Positions 39,250-49,696 of a DNA stretch of 64,000 nt are shown piece by piece (position 1 is the first letter of the stretch; every line of letters starts with the position of its first letter). The stretch comes from a bacterium (GTDB taxonomy: Bacteria; Electryoneota; Electryoneia; Electryoneales; Electryoneaceae): positions 128,001 to 192,000 of the forward strand of contig OY769902.1 in assembly GCA_963669175.1 (NCBI GenBank), in the 5' to 3' direction. The notes under the pieces were generated by a model that ran no database searches, was not told where the DNA came from, and worked only from the letters and a program-made list of their open reading frames with translations. Position numbers and translations under genes: made by a program.

Positions 39250-42200
39250 TCACTTGAGCAACACGACCTTTGTCCGCCTTACCTCCTTTCCAGCCGCCAG
39301 CTCGACGAAATACATTCCAGAAGAATATGCTGCGGCATTTATCACCATATGATGGTAGCCGGCCTGTTGGGAAGAATATGTTTCTGTGAATACTCTTTGC
39401 CCTAGAATGTTACAGATTGTCAAATGGATATCAACAGTAAGCGGCAAGCAGTAGTGTATTGTCAGGTAGCTGTTGAACGGATTCGGGTAGGGCGCAAACA
39501 ACTCGAAGGTTTTGGGTAACTCGTCAGGCTGCTCTGTCACCCACAGGGGATACTCGTAGTATACTCCGTAAGGCCCACCCCAACGACCAATATCATTTCG
39601 AGTACCATCGACATCGTTGTACGTACTATCAGGATTTCCTGCGTCTATGAGGGGTGATATGTCGAAGAGGAAATAATCAGTAGTATCAGCAAGTAGAGGA
39701 TCAATAAACAGATTTGTCGAATCTAACTCGCCATTGACAATCAATGTATCATTCTGGAAGAAACAATTATAATAAGCTTGATCCATGAGCACATCTGGAT
39801 AAGCGGTGTTGTTCAAGTGAATACCATATATATTATTTATAAATAGGTTATTCTGCACAACAGGTAGATTTTCTGAGTTTGAATAGGCTCGTAAACAAAT
39901 ACCTTTTTCTAATCCATGAAAGATATTATTAGTAATGATAATTGGATTACTATATACTGTAAGCCCTGTTGAATATTCTTCTTGTTGATTATAAAAAAGA
40001 CAATTCCTAATTACCCCTGATGAGTTATTAGCCATACCCATTGATCCCACTAAATATTTAAACATACAATTATCTACCTCTACATAACAATTATTAGTCA
40101 TATCAGCCCAGCCATTAAGGAATAAAGTATTATTAATGTAAATGTTAGAATAAAAACAGTATATATTATATGTTTGTGAATCATTATTCTCAGATATAAA
40201 AATGCTATCATCTATATACACTGTTGAATATTGACTTGCAATACCATCAAATATATCATCACCATTATAAATAAAAGATGTAGAATTAACATAAATAGTA
40301 CTTTCATTTTGAAGGAATATTCCGGTCATGTTGTTTTTTAGCACACAATTATTCACGACTAACATCGTTGTATCTACTGCATGAATGGCTTTATAAGCGT
40401 ATTCTAATCTAGTATAGCAGAATTGCGTAGTATCTAGGCAATGATGAAATTCTATTCCATTCCAAAGGTCATAATTGTCTGGTTCGGAACCATCTGATCT
40501 ATAAATAATACTATCTGATGCAGTTCCCTGAGAGTATAAAAGCCCATAGACATCCAATCCGATACGCTGACCATTATCCATGTTTCTGAAGCGCAATTCA
40601 CATCCCGGCTCAATAGTAAGGCTATCACCCTCGGGGACAATAATGTCATCCACCACATAGAACGGGCTGTCTTCCACATGTAGAATCCCGCTGATCTCGC
40701 CTCGAAGTAGCGTACGATTATCTACGTCCACTGAGACAATCGCTGTATCAGTCTGCCCCAGTCCATCCTCCGCAATCACCGTAAAGCTGAAGTCCCGGGA
40801 AGAGTCAGGAATCGTGCCGGAAACGATTATTGTATCGCTAACCCAGTCCAGTTCATCCTCTTCTGTCAACCATTCTGGCAGATCGGGGAATGAAAAGTCC
40901 AGGGGACCGTTATCATCCGTCGCAGTAATCTCGATAGAAAGGGGTGATCCTGTCTGGAGGATTGGGATTTGCGGAGTTGTAAGCACAGGTGGATTGTCTA
41001 TTGTCTGGTCATAAAAGAAGCATCCCATATCTGCTGCCGTACTGTCAGGATCATTCGGAGTGCCTGGTGCAGCTGCGTCAATACAGGGACTGTTCGCTTG
41101 CAGGTGATAATCAAATGGGTTGCCACCTGCAAGGAATGGATTTTCGAACATATTTCCTTCATCCAGGTTCAGATCATTTGTGGCTTCATCCATCCCATAA
41201 AAGCAATTGTAAGAAATCGTTCCCGGTTGTTGTCCTCGACCACTGTAAATGGCGACGCTGGTATCTTCCCTTGCAAGAAAGATGTTATTGATAATCTCAA
41301 CATTCTCGAGATCTGAACCTTCCACACCGTGATAGTCAAAATAGAAAGTGTTGTTTACAATCGACACATCCGCATGGTGTGAAATCTGGATAAGGTTCAG
41401 GTTATTATAGCGAATATCAGCCGACCCTCCCAACCAAACTCGAATTCCTCCCGAAGGCCAGGGATCAAAGTAATTGTTATGGATAATAGCCCCGTAATTT
41501 TCGTCCAAACAAATACCAGATAACATATTGTTAGTTACATCAATATAGCTGTGCCATGCATATATACCTGAAGAGAAAGCATTATTGATAAATTCTACTG
41601 TTGATTCTGAAACACTGGCATCTTCCAACTGATTTTCGACTACGACAACGTCCGTATCATAAAAACTTAACATCTTTAAACTATTATCACTAATTGTATC
41701 AATAGCACAAGCCGTAATATGGCCATAGAATCCTGGTGCGTCAAGCTCATGAAGGACAAGGCTATCTGAAGAATTAATATTGGCATTCACATAGAGTGGT
41801 TCACCTCTTCTTCTAATGCTCACATTGGAAAATATATCAGTACCAGATGAAGAGTTGTACAAAAATGTGTGCTCAGCATCCAGCCGACTATTACGAAAGG
41901 TAGTAGCACTGAATAGACATGTGATATATTCAGAGAAATCAGTAACAACACAATAATCTAAAACCATTTCAGCATGATTCAGTATAAAACCATAGTAAGG
42001 ATATTCAGCACCGGAGAAGGTTATGGAATCTCCCTCTGTGCCTTCAGCCAGCAATGTACCGTTAACAAAAAAGGGTGTTAATTGTGTACTATCCTGATCT
42101 TGAAATATTACCGCAACCCCGGGCTCGATCAGGAGCGTATCTCCTTCCGGGACGATCAGGGTGTCTGTGACGAGGTAAGGGGAGCCGTCCACATCCCACA

Positions 42201-42423
42201 CACCGGATACTTCGCCGGAAACGATGGTTTCAGCGTGAATGGCTTGGGGAACTACAAGGGGTACAAAGGCCAGGGACAGGAGCAGCAGGAACAAGCATAA
42301 AACATCCTCTCTGAACCATTGCGGGGGGAATGGCGCCTGGAGTTGGTATACCGTGTGTCCAGCCTTACGCAACACGACTGCGGGGAGTGTGTTGCGCTGT
42401 AAAGGAAAGTTCATACGTGTCAT
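39250..42423 (-). CDS. Secreted parallel beta-helix repeat protein with T9SS-type C-terminal domain; paralog of 9452..12673
   Basis: aggag RBS; ETIVSGEVSGVWDVDGSPY, DYHLQANSPCIDA, ELDW, DGTRNDIGRWGGPY, YPNPFN...KVVLLK. Confidence 0.87.
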   Translation of the reverse strand: MTRMNFPLQRNTLPAVVLRKAGHTVYQLQAPFPPQWFREDVLCLFLLLLSLAFVPLVVPQAIHAETIVSGEVSGVWDVDGSPYLVTDTLIVPEGDTLLIEPGVAVIFQDQDSTQLTPFFVNGTLLAEGTEGDSITFSGAEYPYYGFILNHAEMVLDYCVVTDFSEYITCLFSATTFRNSRLDAEHTFLYNSSSGTDIFSNVSIRRRGEPLYVNANINSSDSLVLHELDAPGFYGHITACAIDTISDNSLKMLSFYDTDVVVVENQLEDASVSESTVEFINNAFSSGIYAWHSYIDVTNNMLSGICLDENYGAIIHNNYFDPWPSGGIRVWLGGSADIRYNNLNLIQISHHADVSIVNNTFYFDYHGVEGSDLENVEIINNIFLAREDTSVAIYSGRGQQPGTISYNCFYGMDEATNDLNLDEGNMFENPFLAGGNPFDYHLQANSPCIDAAAPGTPNDPDSTAADMGCFFYDQTIDNPPVLTTPQIPILQTGSPLSIEITATDDNGPLDFSFPDLPEWLTEEDELDWVSDTIIVSGTIPDSSRDFSFTVIAEDGLGQTDTAIVSVDVDNRTLLRGEISGILHVEDSPFYVVDDIIVPEGDSLTIEPGCELRFRNMDNGQRIGLDVYGLLYSQGTASDSIIYRSDGSEPDNYDLWNGIEFHHCLDTTQFCYTRLEYAYKAIHAVDTTMLVVNNCVLKNNMTGIFLQNESTIYVNSTSFIYNGDDIFDGIASQYSTVYIDDSIFISENNDSQTYNIYCFYSNIYINNTLFLNGWADMTNNCYVEVDNCMFKYLVGSMGMANNSSGVIRNCLFYNQQEEYSTGLTVYSNPIIITNNIFHGLEKGICLRAYSNSENLPVVQNNLFINNIYGIHLNNTAYPDVLMDQAYYNCFFQNDTLIVNGELDSTNLFIDPLLADTTDYFLFDISPLIDAGNPDSTYNDVDGTRNDIGRWGGPYGVYYEYPLWVTEQPDELPKTFELFAPYPNPFNSYLTIHYCLPLTVDIHLTICNILGQRVFTETYSSQQAGYHHMVINAAAYSSGMYFVELAAGKEVRRTKVVLLK

Positions 42424-42649
42424 AGGTACTCCTTTGCGCTACGATGAAAGAAACATACTACTGAAACAGAATGGATGCAATAAGGAGCTATCTCTATAAA
42501 AAAAGGCTGCTCACAAGAATTTGTGCATATTATCGACGAGTACGTTTCGTCAGGTCTTGACGTGATGCCTTTTTCTTGTTCTTCTCCGCAATTTCAGACA
42601 CCTGTCCGACTTCACAGCTGCTATTTCGCATGATAGATCGTCATCAGGC

Positions 42650-42803
42650 ATCACATTGTGACCTGACGACAGCGAGAGTGCTGATACCGGTGGCAGGTCA
42701 CAACGCGACAATAACAGGACGAGAGGTGGTTTCAGTATCATATGCATTCAGAAATACATTGCGAAAGCCGAAAACGGAATGTCGCGTCAAGACCTGCCAC
42801 AAC
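42650..42803 (+). repeat. Family D palindromic element, long form
   Basis: atcacattgtgacctgacg...GTGGCAGGTC-ACA-ACGCGA-~70 nt-TCGCGT-CAA-GACCTGCCAC-aac. Confidence 0.8.
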
Positions 42804-42903
42804 TTTGCCCGGATGCACAAATTCTTGTGAGGAACCAAAAAAAAATATTTACAACTGGCTCAAAGGGAAAAATAAAAAGTCCGAAACGAGTCTGATCAGG
42901 CTT

Positions 42904-43383
42904 CTAACCCGAATATTTCCATGAACGAAACATGGATAATCATCTTAACACATTTCATATCAGCACAATACAACTGATTCATACAGCATTTTTCAGGGTA
43001 CAGTTTGTTCCAGTATCCCTTTGCATGTCTATTCCCTGTTTCGCTGGCAAACTGAGGCTGAGTATCGGCAACCGCCCCGGCAGGGGCAACCTGTATTAGC
43101 CCCGGGCAGCCGCCGTCAGTTTGGCGGCTACCCGGGGAGATAATGCGCACCACATATTTACTCCGGTAGGAGTAACCTAAAAATTAATAATGATATACAA
43201 CATGAATGGTTAGACAACCCGCTGCCGGGGTTGGCAAGTAGCGCACATCCATCTCCCACCGTAAGCGCCAAACAGACGGCGCTGGACGGTGGGCTAATTC
43301 AGGGAACCACTGCCGTGGTTCTTGTACTGGCCGTTCCATCAAGTATCACATTGAAATTGCCATTGGTGAAATATTCGGGTTAG
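42904..43383 (-). mobile_element. MITE-like ~480-bp non-coding element (family A), copy 1
   Basis: Perfect 16-bp terminal inverted repeat ctaacccgaatatttc / gaaatattcgggttag; interior is the reverse complement of the 53194 unit. Confidence 0.85.
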
Positions 43384-43567
43384 CGCGCACCCTGGGTAAG
43401 AAGCACAATTATTTTTCTACTCCGAAGGAGTTGGATAAGAACATATACGCTAAGAAATTCTATTCGAACCTGTTTCTCCTCATGGCATAAAAAAATGCCG
43501 GGGCTTGGCAACAAGACCCGACACTCAACTGCTACTGCACTGGTATGCAACTCTGTAAAGGCAACAT

Positions 43568-45562
43568 TTATTTCAACAGCGTCATCCGTATCACCTGGGA
43601 CGCATTCCCACTGGAAAGCCGCGCGAAATACACCCCGCTGGGCAGATCAGAGGCATCAAACAGGACCGTATGCTCCCCGGCGGCCAGAACACGATCGCTC
43701 AGAACCTGCACCTCTCGTCCCAGCAGATCAAACACGGCCAACCTTACCTGTCCCTGCGCGGAAAGGGTGAAACGGATAGCCGTTTCAGGATTGAACGGGT
43801 TCGGATAATTCTGCGCCAGAACAAACTGGTTTGGCGTCAGCGACGGCCCTTCCTGCACCCCGGTAGTACGATAGAAGGGATCGTAATACATCACGGTATT
43901 CCAGACCCAGTGGTCCGGATCCTCATAAAAACCTGTCGAATCATAGTGAAGCGGATAATTTTCAACCCACCCCGCGGAATCGTAAACAGCATCCATAATC
44001 TGAGCAAAAGGAACACGATGAACGACCATTGGATTATTTGTATAGGATCCCTGATTGTAATTCACCATTCCGGCATCCTTATCCAGCATATAGGTCAGGA
44101 ACATGTGCTCGCCATCTGTATCCAGGGTAATACTGGGGTCGATTTCACTTTCACAGGCACCGGCAGGTATACCATCAGGATACTCTCCTTCCCCTGCACG
44201 TGTGTTGGTCAGGTCTACCGGTCTGGTCCACATCTGTCCCGGTACAATGGCATTCCAGTTACGCATGCCCGGACTGGCCGAAACCATGATTTCGTAGTTG
44301 ATATAGCCTGATTCACTGACATCCCAGGGTTGGAAAGTGGAATCATTAATGGTCGTGAATTCGCCGGGCAAACCGGCCTGGTTCCATACACAGTACAATG
44401 ACCTTGTTTCAGGATCCTGCAAAAGAGCAGGACGACACACTACGGGATGCCCGCCTGTTATCCGTGCATGGTTATCGAACCAGCCATCCGCGATCACACT
44501 GAACTCGTTGTTCACTTCGCACCAGTGAAACACCATGCTCCTATAGTTGTTGGAAGAGGGTGTTCCGTATCCAAGCACGGTGAACGCGATATGCAGGTTT
44601 TCATCTTGATCAAAGTAGAGATCCAGATCGTTATAGGTACGGAAGGTGTCAATGTTCCACCACCAGTCTTCAAAATCGGTAACATTGATAAAGCTATCCC
44701 AGTCCCAGGTCTCACCACCATCTTCACTGATCCACAAGAATAAATCGTTGTTGAATGCGGAATAATCATCCTGATGCCAGCAAACATTGCTTCCTATGGC
44801 AACACGGTTTCCGCTGGGAGATGCTGCAATTGATGCGGAGTAGTTATTTGACAGGTCGGTCACAGTCTGCCACTGGCCCGGAACAATGATCTCTTGATCC
44901 GCCGAAAGGACATTGCGCGAATAGTAAAGGTTTTGAACACCGGGATCATCATCATCCAGATATTCCGTTGACAGCATATGCACATACCCGGTTCCATTGT
45001 ATTCCCCGTAGGCGATATGCGGCCACAGGGCTTCCTCTCCATCAGGATGAGACAAGTATTGGTAGCTGAAGAATCCCAGGTGTGCCTGCCACTGATAGGA
45101 TAATGTCAACGACAATTCATCCTCGTCGTTACCCAAAGGGCAGGAATGATAGGCTACCAGCGGCGAGTACCAACCGGGTACACGAGCCAGCGTGGCATAC
45201 CCTGCCCGTTGCCCCAGGTCGACTGGAAAATCATTGCCCATTACCTCAGGCCCGTCATCATGCCAGAACACACGGTTGTAGCGCACATGCCGGTCCGTTG
45301 AAGCAGTACTTGCCTGACAGGTCCAGACATTGGTTGTCATGGGACCATCTTCAGGATCATCTGCAAACGAAATTAGCTTCCCGATGCTGCCGTTCTGTTG
45401 TAGTTCCCAATACGTAAACCCCACATGAACCGTATCACCAAGTACATCAAGCTGGGAACGCACAGGATTCACGTTCGGAGAAGCAGCAAAAACAGGTAAC
45501 ATGAGGATGAATGTGGAAAACAGGCACACCAGGGCGAAGGAAACCGGACGATTGTTCTTCAT
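43568..45562 (-). CDS. Secreted protein with T9SS-type C-terminal domain and a BNR/Asp-box-like motif
   Basis: ATG 45562 after ggaggt; signal peptide; SEDGGETW; QNYPNPFNP...SGVYF...MTLLK tail. Confidence 0.85.
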   Translation of the reverse strand: MKNNRPVSFALVCLFSTFILMLPVFAASPNVNPVRSQLDVLGDTVHVGFTYWELQQNGSIGKLISFADDPEDGPMTTNVWTCQASTASTDRHVRYNRVFWHDDGPEVMGNDFPVDLGQRAGYATLARVPGWYSPLVAYHSCPLGNDEDELSLTLSYQWQAHLGFFSYQYLSHPDGEEALWPHIAYGEYNGTGYVHMLSTEYLDDDDPGVQNLYYSRNVLSADQEIIVPGQWQTVTDLSNNYSASIAASPSGNRVAIGSNVCWHQDDYSAFNNDLFLWISEDGGETWDWDSFINVTDFEDWWWNIDTFRTYNDLDLYFDQDENLHIAFTVLGYGTPSSNNYRSMVFHWCEVNNEFSVIADGWFDNHARITGGHPVVCRPALLQDPETRSLYCVWNQAGLPGEFTTINDSTFQPWDVSESGYINYEIMVSASPGMRNWNAIVPGQMWTRPVDLTNTRAGEGEYPDGIPAGACESEIDPSITLDTDGEHMFLTYMLDKDAGMVNYNQGSYTNNPMVVHRVPFAQIMDAVYDSAGWVENYPLHYDSTGFYEDPDHWVWNTVMYYDPFYRTTGVQEGPSLTPNQFVLAQNYPNPFNPETAIRFTLSAQGQVRLAVFDLLGREVQVLSDRVLAAGEHTVLFDASDLPSGVYFARLSSGNASQVIRMTLLK

Positions 45563-45894
45563 AATACCTCCCCATTGAGTCGCGTTCTTGAATAAACTAT
45601 AAAAAACGACAGAATAGCGCAACTCAAAAGCGACTTAAAACACAAATCGCGGCAAGTGTAAGGAGGAGGAATACAAGAAAGGAAGAAGAATGGCGCCTCG
45701 CTATTGCATGTGAGTAGGCGTATCTGTAGTCAATAAAAAGAATGACAACAGGGTAGATCAGATCACTTTGTCAGGCTAAGAATTGTCCGTTTATCAGGAT
45801 GGAGTTTGACTACAGTCTGATGTCCACCGAAGGTGGGCCACTCGAATAGCGTGGTGCGCACGCACAAAAAAAATGCAGCGTACGAGAAAAAAAC

Positions 45895-46725
45895 CTACTC
45901 TTCTGTAGCTTCGGGAATAGGTTTCAGGCCGAAACCACGGTCGTGCATATTCTGGCGAAGATCACGGATCGCAACAATCATACGATCAGCGATAGCTTGG
46001 TAGGTTTCTCTGCTTTCTTTCAGCTCATACAGATCAGACATGTCAATCGGATCACCGATAATCATGGAAAATTTCTTCCCGATCTTTGGAGAATAAGTGC
46101 CAATCGGAAGGATATCCTGGGCGCCTTCATGATACGCCGGAATGACTTTCACCTTGGTCTGATAGGCCAGTCGTCCGATACCCACCTTGCCCTTGCCGAT
46201 GTCGCCGGAGCGTGTGCGTGTCCCTTCCGGGTAAATCATGACCACGCCCTTATCCATCAGCAACTGCTTCAAACGTGTCATGCCCGGCTGGAATACTCCA
46301 TGCCCACGTGTCAACGGAACACACTGGGCCTTCTTCAGCATCCAGGTAATGATCGGGCCAAGGAAAAAGTTCTTCTCTTCGGGAGCATGCCAGGGAAAAT
46401 ACTTTACCCCCATGAAAGCATACCGGAAATACAACAACCCGCCAAAAAGAAAATCATCGATCATGGTCACATGATTGCTGACAAACATATAGGGCGGTCG
46501 ATAGTGGTCCATCTTCTTCCGGTCCACCAACCGTACTCTCTGGGTGATGTGCATGAAGAAGTAAACGGAGCCCGCAATAAACAATTGTACCAGCCAGGAG
46601 AGAGGTTTGTTGATCGGGCCTTGAGTCCAACTACGGATCTCATCGACACGTGCCTGGGCTTCCTCGGCGCTACGCACTGCGGGAGGTTTATGCCCTAACT
46701 TCTTGATACTGGAAAGCTTGAACAT
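45895..46725 (-). CDS. Lysophospholipid acyltransferase (PlsC/tafazzin-like)
   Basis: SNHVTMIDD (HX4D), YPEGTRT, GIGRLA. Confidence 0.9.
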   Translation of the reverse strand: MFKLSSIKKLGHKPPAVRSAEEAQARVDEIRSWTQGPINKPLSWLVQLFIAGSVYFFMHITQRVRLVDRKKMDHYRPPYMFVSNHVTMIDDFLFGGLLYFRYAFMGVKYFPWHAPEEKNFFLGPIITWMLKKAQCVPLTRGHGVFQPGMTRLKQLLMDKGVVMIYPEGTRTRSGDIGKGKVGIGRLAYQTKVKVIPAYHEGAQDILPIGTYSPKIGKKFSMIIGDPIDMSDLYELKESRETYQAIADRMIVAIRDLRQNMHDRGFGLKPIPEATEE

Positions 46726-46772
46726 GGCTTGAAACGCTAGACTCCAGTAATTCCCCTGAAACAGAACCCGTC

Positions 46773-48386
46773 TTAATCACATCCAACAATGTGACTGGAA
46801 GGATAATAATGAGACAGTAGCTCACGCCAGTTCCAACCGCGATTTGCGAGAGCGGCCGAACCGAGCTGACACAGACCTACCCCATGCCCCCATCCGACCC
46901 CTTCCAGCTTGAAACCGCCACCCGGTTCCGCATCAATAATAAACGCCGATGAAGGTAAATGCGTATCCGAAAGCAACCTTCGTATTTTCAGCTCTTTGCC
47001 AATCGTAAGAGTTTCCTTTTCACCAACCACACGAAGGTAGACAATCCGGCCTGAAACACTACGTTCCAACGGCTCAAGACTTCGGATCGCACCAAGATCG
47101 TGCCCCGTCCTCTCCTTCACCATTTCCTGGAGCTGATCTCCGCCAAGCATGACACTCCAGCGATAAAGATGAGTCATCTCTTCTGCGGATTCAGGATAGG
47201 GCGACACACAGGGATTGCAGGCGATCGGGAATTTTGCCGGGCCTGCGTCCTGAATCCCCTCTTCGCCGAGCAGGCATTGCAACTCAACCTGTACCAAAGC
47301 ATGACGGAAGACATGCTCGTTGGACCAGTCGATGATGGATGGTTCTCCAGGTTTACCATCACGATTGCAGGGCACGGGACGCATGTACTCAATATCCCAG
47401 TCTTCCCATGCAACCCGGTAATAATCGGACTGCCCGCCGCAGCTTTTCGCATAACGGGCATCCGCCACCCTGTTACCATGGGCCAGAAGAGCATTCTTAC
47501 ATGTTGCCAGCGCTTTACGTGCCGTATCGCTTTCCCGGCTGAGTCCCTGGTAACACTGGCAATGATCATCATGACACAGGTCGAAAGCTTCGCCGTGGTG
47601 ATGACGTCCCCGTGTCGCAAGCACGGTTGAACGTGCCGCTACTGCCTGAGCAGCCAACGCTTCTACCGGCCAATCGCCACGCATCTCGCTGCCCAGCAGA
47701 CTGGTCAGGTATGCTTCCAGGCTGACCTCATTCACCGCAGTAATTTTGCCGCCATCCACCCACAGCTCCAATACACCACGGAACGGCAGTTTTTCCACAT
47801 GATCCCAGTGAAACTCGATACCGATGCGGACCGCGCCCAACTCAAACGGCGCTTCCGGATCAGCCGGATCAATCCGTAGCGGGGATGGAAACGTAAAAGA
47901 ATTTCCATCGTTTCCGGTTATCTGCAATGTCCCACCGGACGGCGGATCCAGACGGATCGGGTCCGGCGCGACGAGCTGATCTTCGAATTTTACGACGCCC
48001 AAAGCTTGCGCGTGCGGCTGAACATAACGATCCACCAGCGCCGGCACATCTTCAGGCTGGGGCACATCGCCGAACACCACCGCCCAGGTCGTGGCTTCCA
48101 GAGTACTGTCACCCCATTGTACCGGACGACCCATTGTCTTGACAACGAGGGGATTCAGGATGGATTCATTTTGTGCAACAAAAGCTTCTGCTGCTTCCAC
48201 GGTTTGGAAAGTCGCCAGCCTGTGGCCCCAGCGTGGTGTTGTCGCTGGCTCATTGACCGTCGCCAGGTATTCACCTGCTGGCAATTGCTGTTGATTCTCA
48301 AGATCAACCGGCCCATTCAGCACAAAAGGAAGAGACTCGGAACGAATCTGAACACCAACCCGAACAGTTTCATCATAGCTGGCCAT
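46773..48386 (-). CDS. SpoIID/LytB domain protein (peptidoglycan lytic transglycosylase family)
   Basis: VNEVSLEAYL, SEM...WPVEALAAQAVAARS, FDLC...CQCYQG, GWGHGVGLCQ, LSHYYP. Confidence 0.92.
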   Translation of the reverse strand: MASYDETVRVGVQIRSESLPFVLNGPVDLENQQQLPAGEYLATVNEPATTPRWGHRLATFQTVEAAEAFVAQNESILNPLVVKTMGRPVQWGDSTLEATTWAVVFGDVPQPEDVPALVDRYVQPHAQALGVVKFEDQLVAPDPIRLDPPSGGTLQITGNDGNSFTFPSPLRIDPADPEAPFELGAVRIGIEFHWDHVEKLPFRGVLELWVDGGKITAVNEVSLEAYLTSLLGSEMRGDWPVEALAAQAVAARSTVLATRGRHHHGEAFDLCHDDHCQCYQGLSRESDTARKALATCKNALLAHGNRVADARYAKSCGGQSDYYRVAWEDWDIEYMRPVPCNRDGKPGEPSIIDWSNEHVFRHALVQVELQCLLGEEGIQDAGPAKFPIACNPCVSPYPESAEEMTHLYRWSVMLGGDQLQEMVKERTGHDLGAIRSLEPLERSVSGRIVYLRVVGEKETLTIGKELKIRRLLSDTHLPSSAFIIDAEPGGGFKLEGVGWGHGVGLCQLGSAALANRGWNWRELLSHYYPSSHIVGCD

Positions 48387-48398
48387 GATTTCTCCTCC

Positions 48399-49382
48399 CT
48401 ATGCCCTTGTATCCAGGCGGTTCCCCGAATCACCCTTGGGACCATGTCCCCCAAGCCCCATCGCTTGCGCTGTAGCAAAGAACTGGCGTGTTCCCCAGAT
48501 CAGCGCGGCAAGCGCCGGGATCAGCAACCAGGGAGATACATGCCCGTGAAAATCAAACCATTCCGGCTGTGTCTCGCCGAATGCGTTTACCAGGATCAGG
48601 TCCAGCCCGTTCGCAGCGGCATGCGCCACAACTGCGGGCCAGACTGATTCTGCGCGCCAGACGATCGCTCCCAAAATCACAGCCATGATCAGGATCGGAA
48701 TCAGCAGGTAAGGAATGGTATGAATCGCAGCAAAGATAGCTGACGTCCACAACACCCCGCTGGTTACCCCACGATGCCGCTCCAGCCAGCGTTGTAATAA
48801 GCCACGAAACAGAAATTCTTCGGTAATCGGTGTCGCTATCGCCACTGTCACAACCAGCAGAACCACATCCAGGCTGTCATTCATGGCAATGGAATTCTGC
48901 ATCCCATCGAACAAGTCCTTGGGAAATGGCGCAACCATGTCGATCAGGGATGCAATTTCACTTCCGATCAGACTCAATCCCACCCCGATAAGCGCGCTGT
49001 ACCCAAGCAATGATAAGGGTACTGGATGTAGTCTTAGATGAGTTTTCAGTGAGAGGTTGCGTTTTTTCAGATACCACCATGTCGGCACAATGGTGCTTGC
49101 CACGATGAGAAACTGGATAAGTTTCTCTACTTTGTCCGGTATGTTGGGTTCTGCCGTTTTCGCCCATTCCATCAGCCCTTCCTGGTCCATCAAGTCGATC
49201 TTTCCTTCCTGAAGCGCATGATAAACCTGGATGGAAGCCGTAAGGAGCGAAGCCCCAAGCGTGACCAGTAAAATCATCCCCAGTGTAAGCAGGGCAATTA
49301 TAGCAATATCACGCCCGGTGAGTTGTGAATTACCCTGCGGGTTGCCCGGCATGAGCGGTTTATGTTCGGATGGTCCCAGCAT
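48399..49382 (-). CDS. CPBP (CAAX/Abi) intramembrane metalloprotease
   Basis: PITEEFLFRG, FAAIH, H...N motifs in a multi-TM protein. Confidence 0.92.
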   Translation of the reverse strand: MLGPSEHKPLMPGNPQGNSQLTGRDIAIIALLTLGMILLVTLGASLLTASIQVYHALQEGKIDLMDQEGLMEWAKTAEPNIPDKVEKLIQFLIVASTIVPTWWYLKKRNLSLKTHLRLHPVPLSLLGYSALIGVGLSLIGSEIASLIDMVAPFPKDLFDGMQNSIAMNDSLDVVLLVVTVAIATPITEEFLFRGLLQRWLERHRGVTSGVLWTSAIFAAIHTIPYLLIPILIMAVILGAIVWRAESVWPAVVAHAAANGLDLILVNAFGETQPEWFDFHGHVSPWLLIPALAALIWGTRQFFATAQAMGLGGHGPKGDSGNRLDTRA

Positions 49383-49696
49383 GATGTCCTGAATGTTTTC
49401 TGTCTGTTACCTGTATAAAGCGGTAACCTGCGATATTGTTCCATAACTTCATTTTTTCTGCACGTTTCACAGAGTCGGGTGGCCCGATTCACAAGTGATG
49501 GAGCTTCCGTTATGGTTGCAGTTTGAATACGGTTATGCTGTTTAACTCATGACGCAACTTCGAGTGAGTCGGGACTGTGACAGGGAAAGGAGGCAGTCCC
49601 CTTTTTTCATATCCTCATCTCTATCACCAATAATTCGTTCGTTGATTATATCCTGACAACGTATTTTCAAGAGTAGCTGTACTTCACTCGCCCGGA

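Noticed and set aside
48399-49382. CPBP/Abi protease as an abortive-infection system
   Set aside because: The Abi label is a family name only; the gene has normal GC and sits in a housekeeping context.
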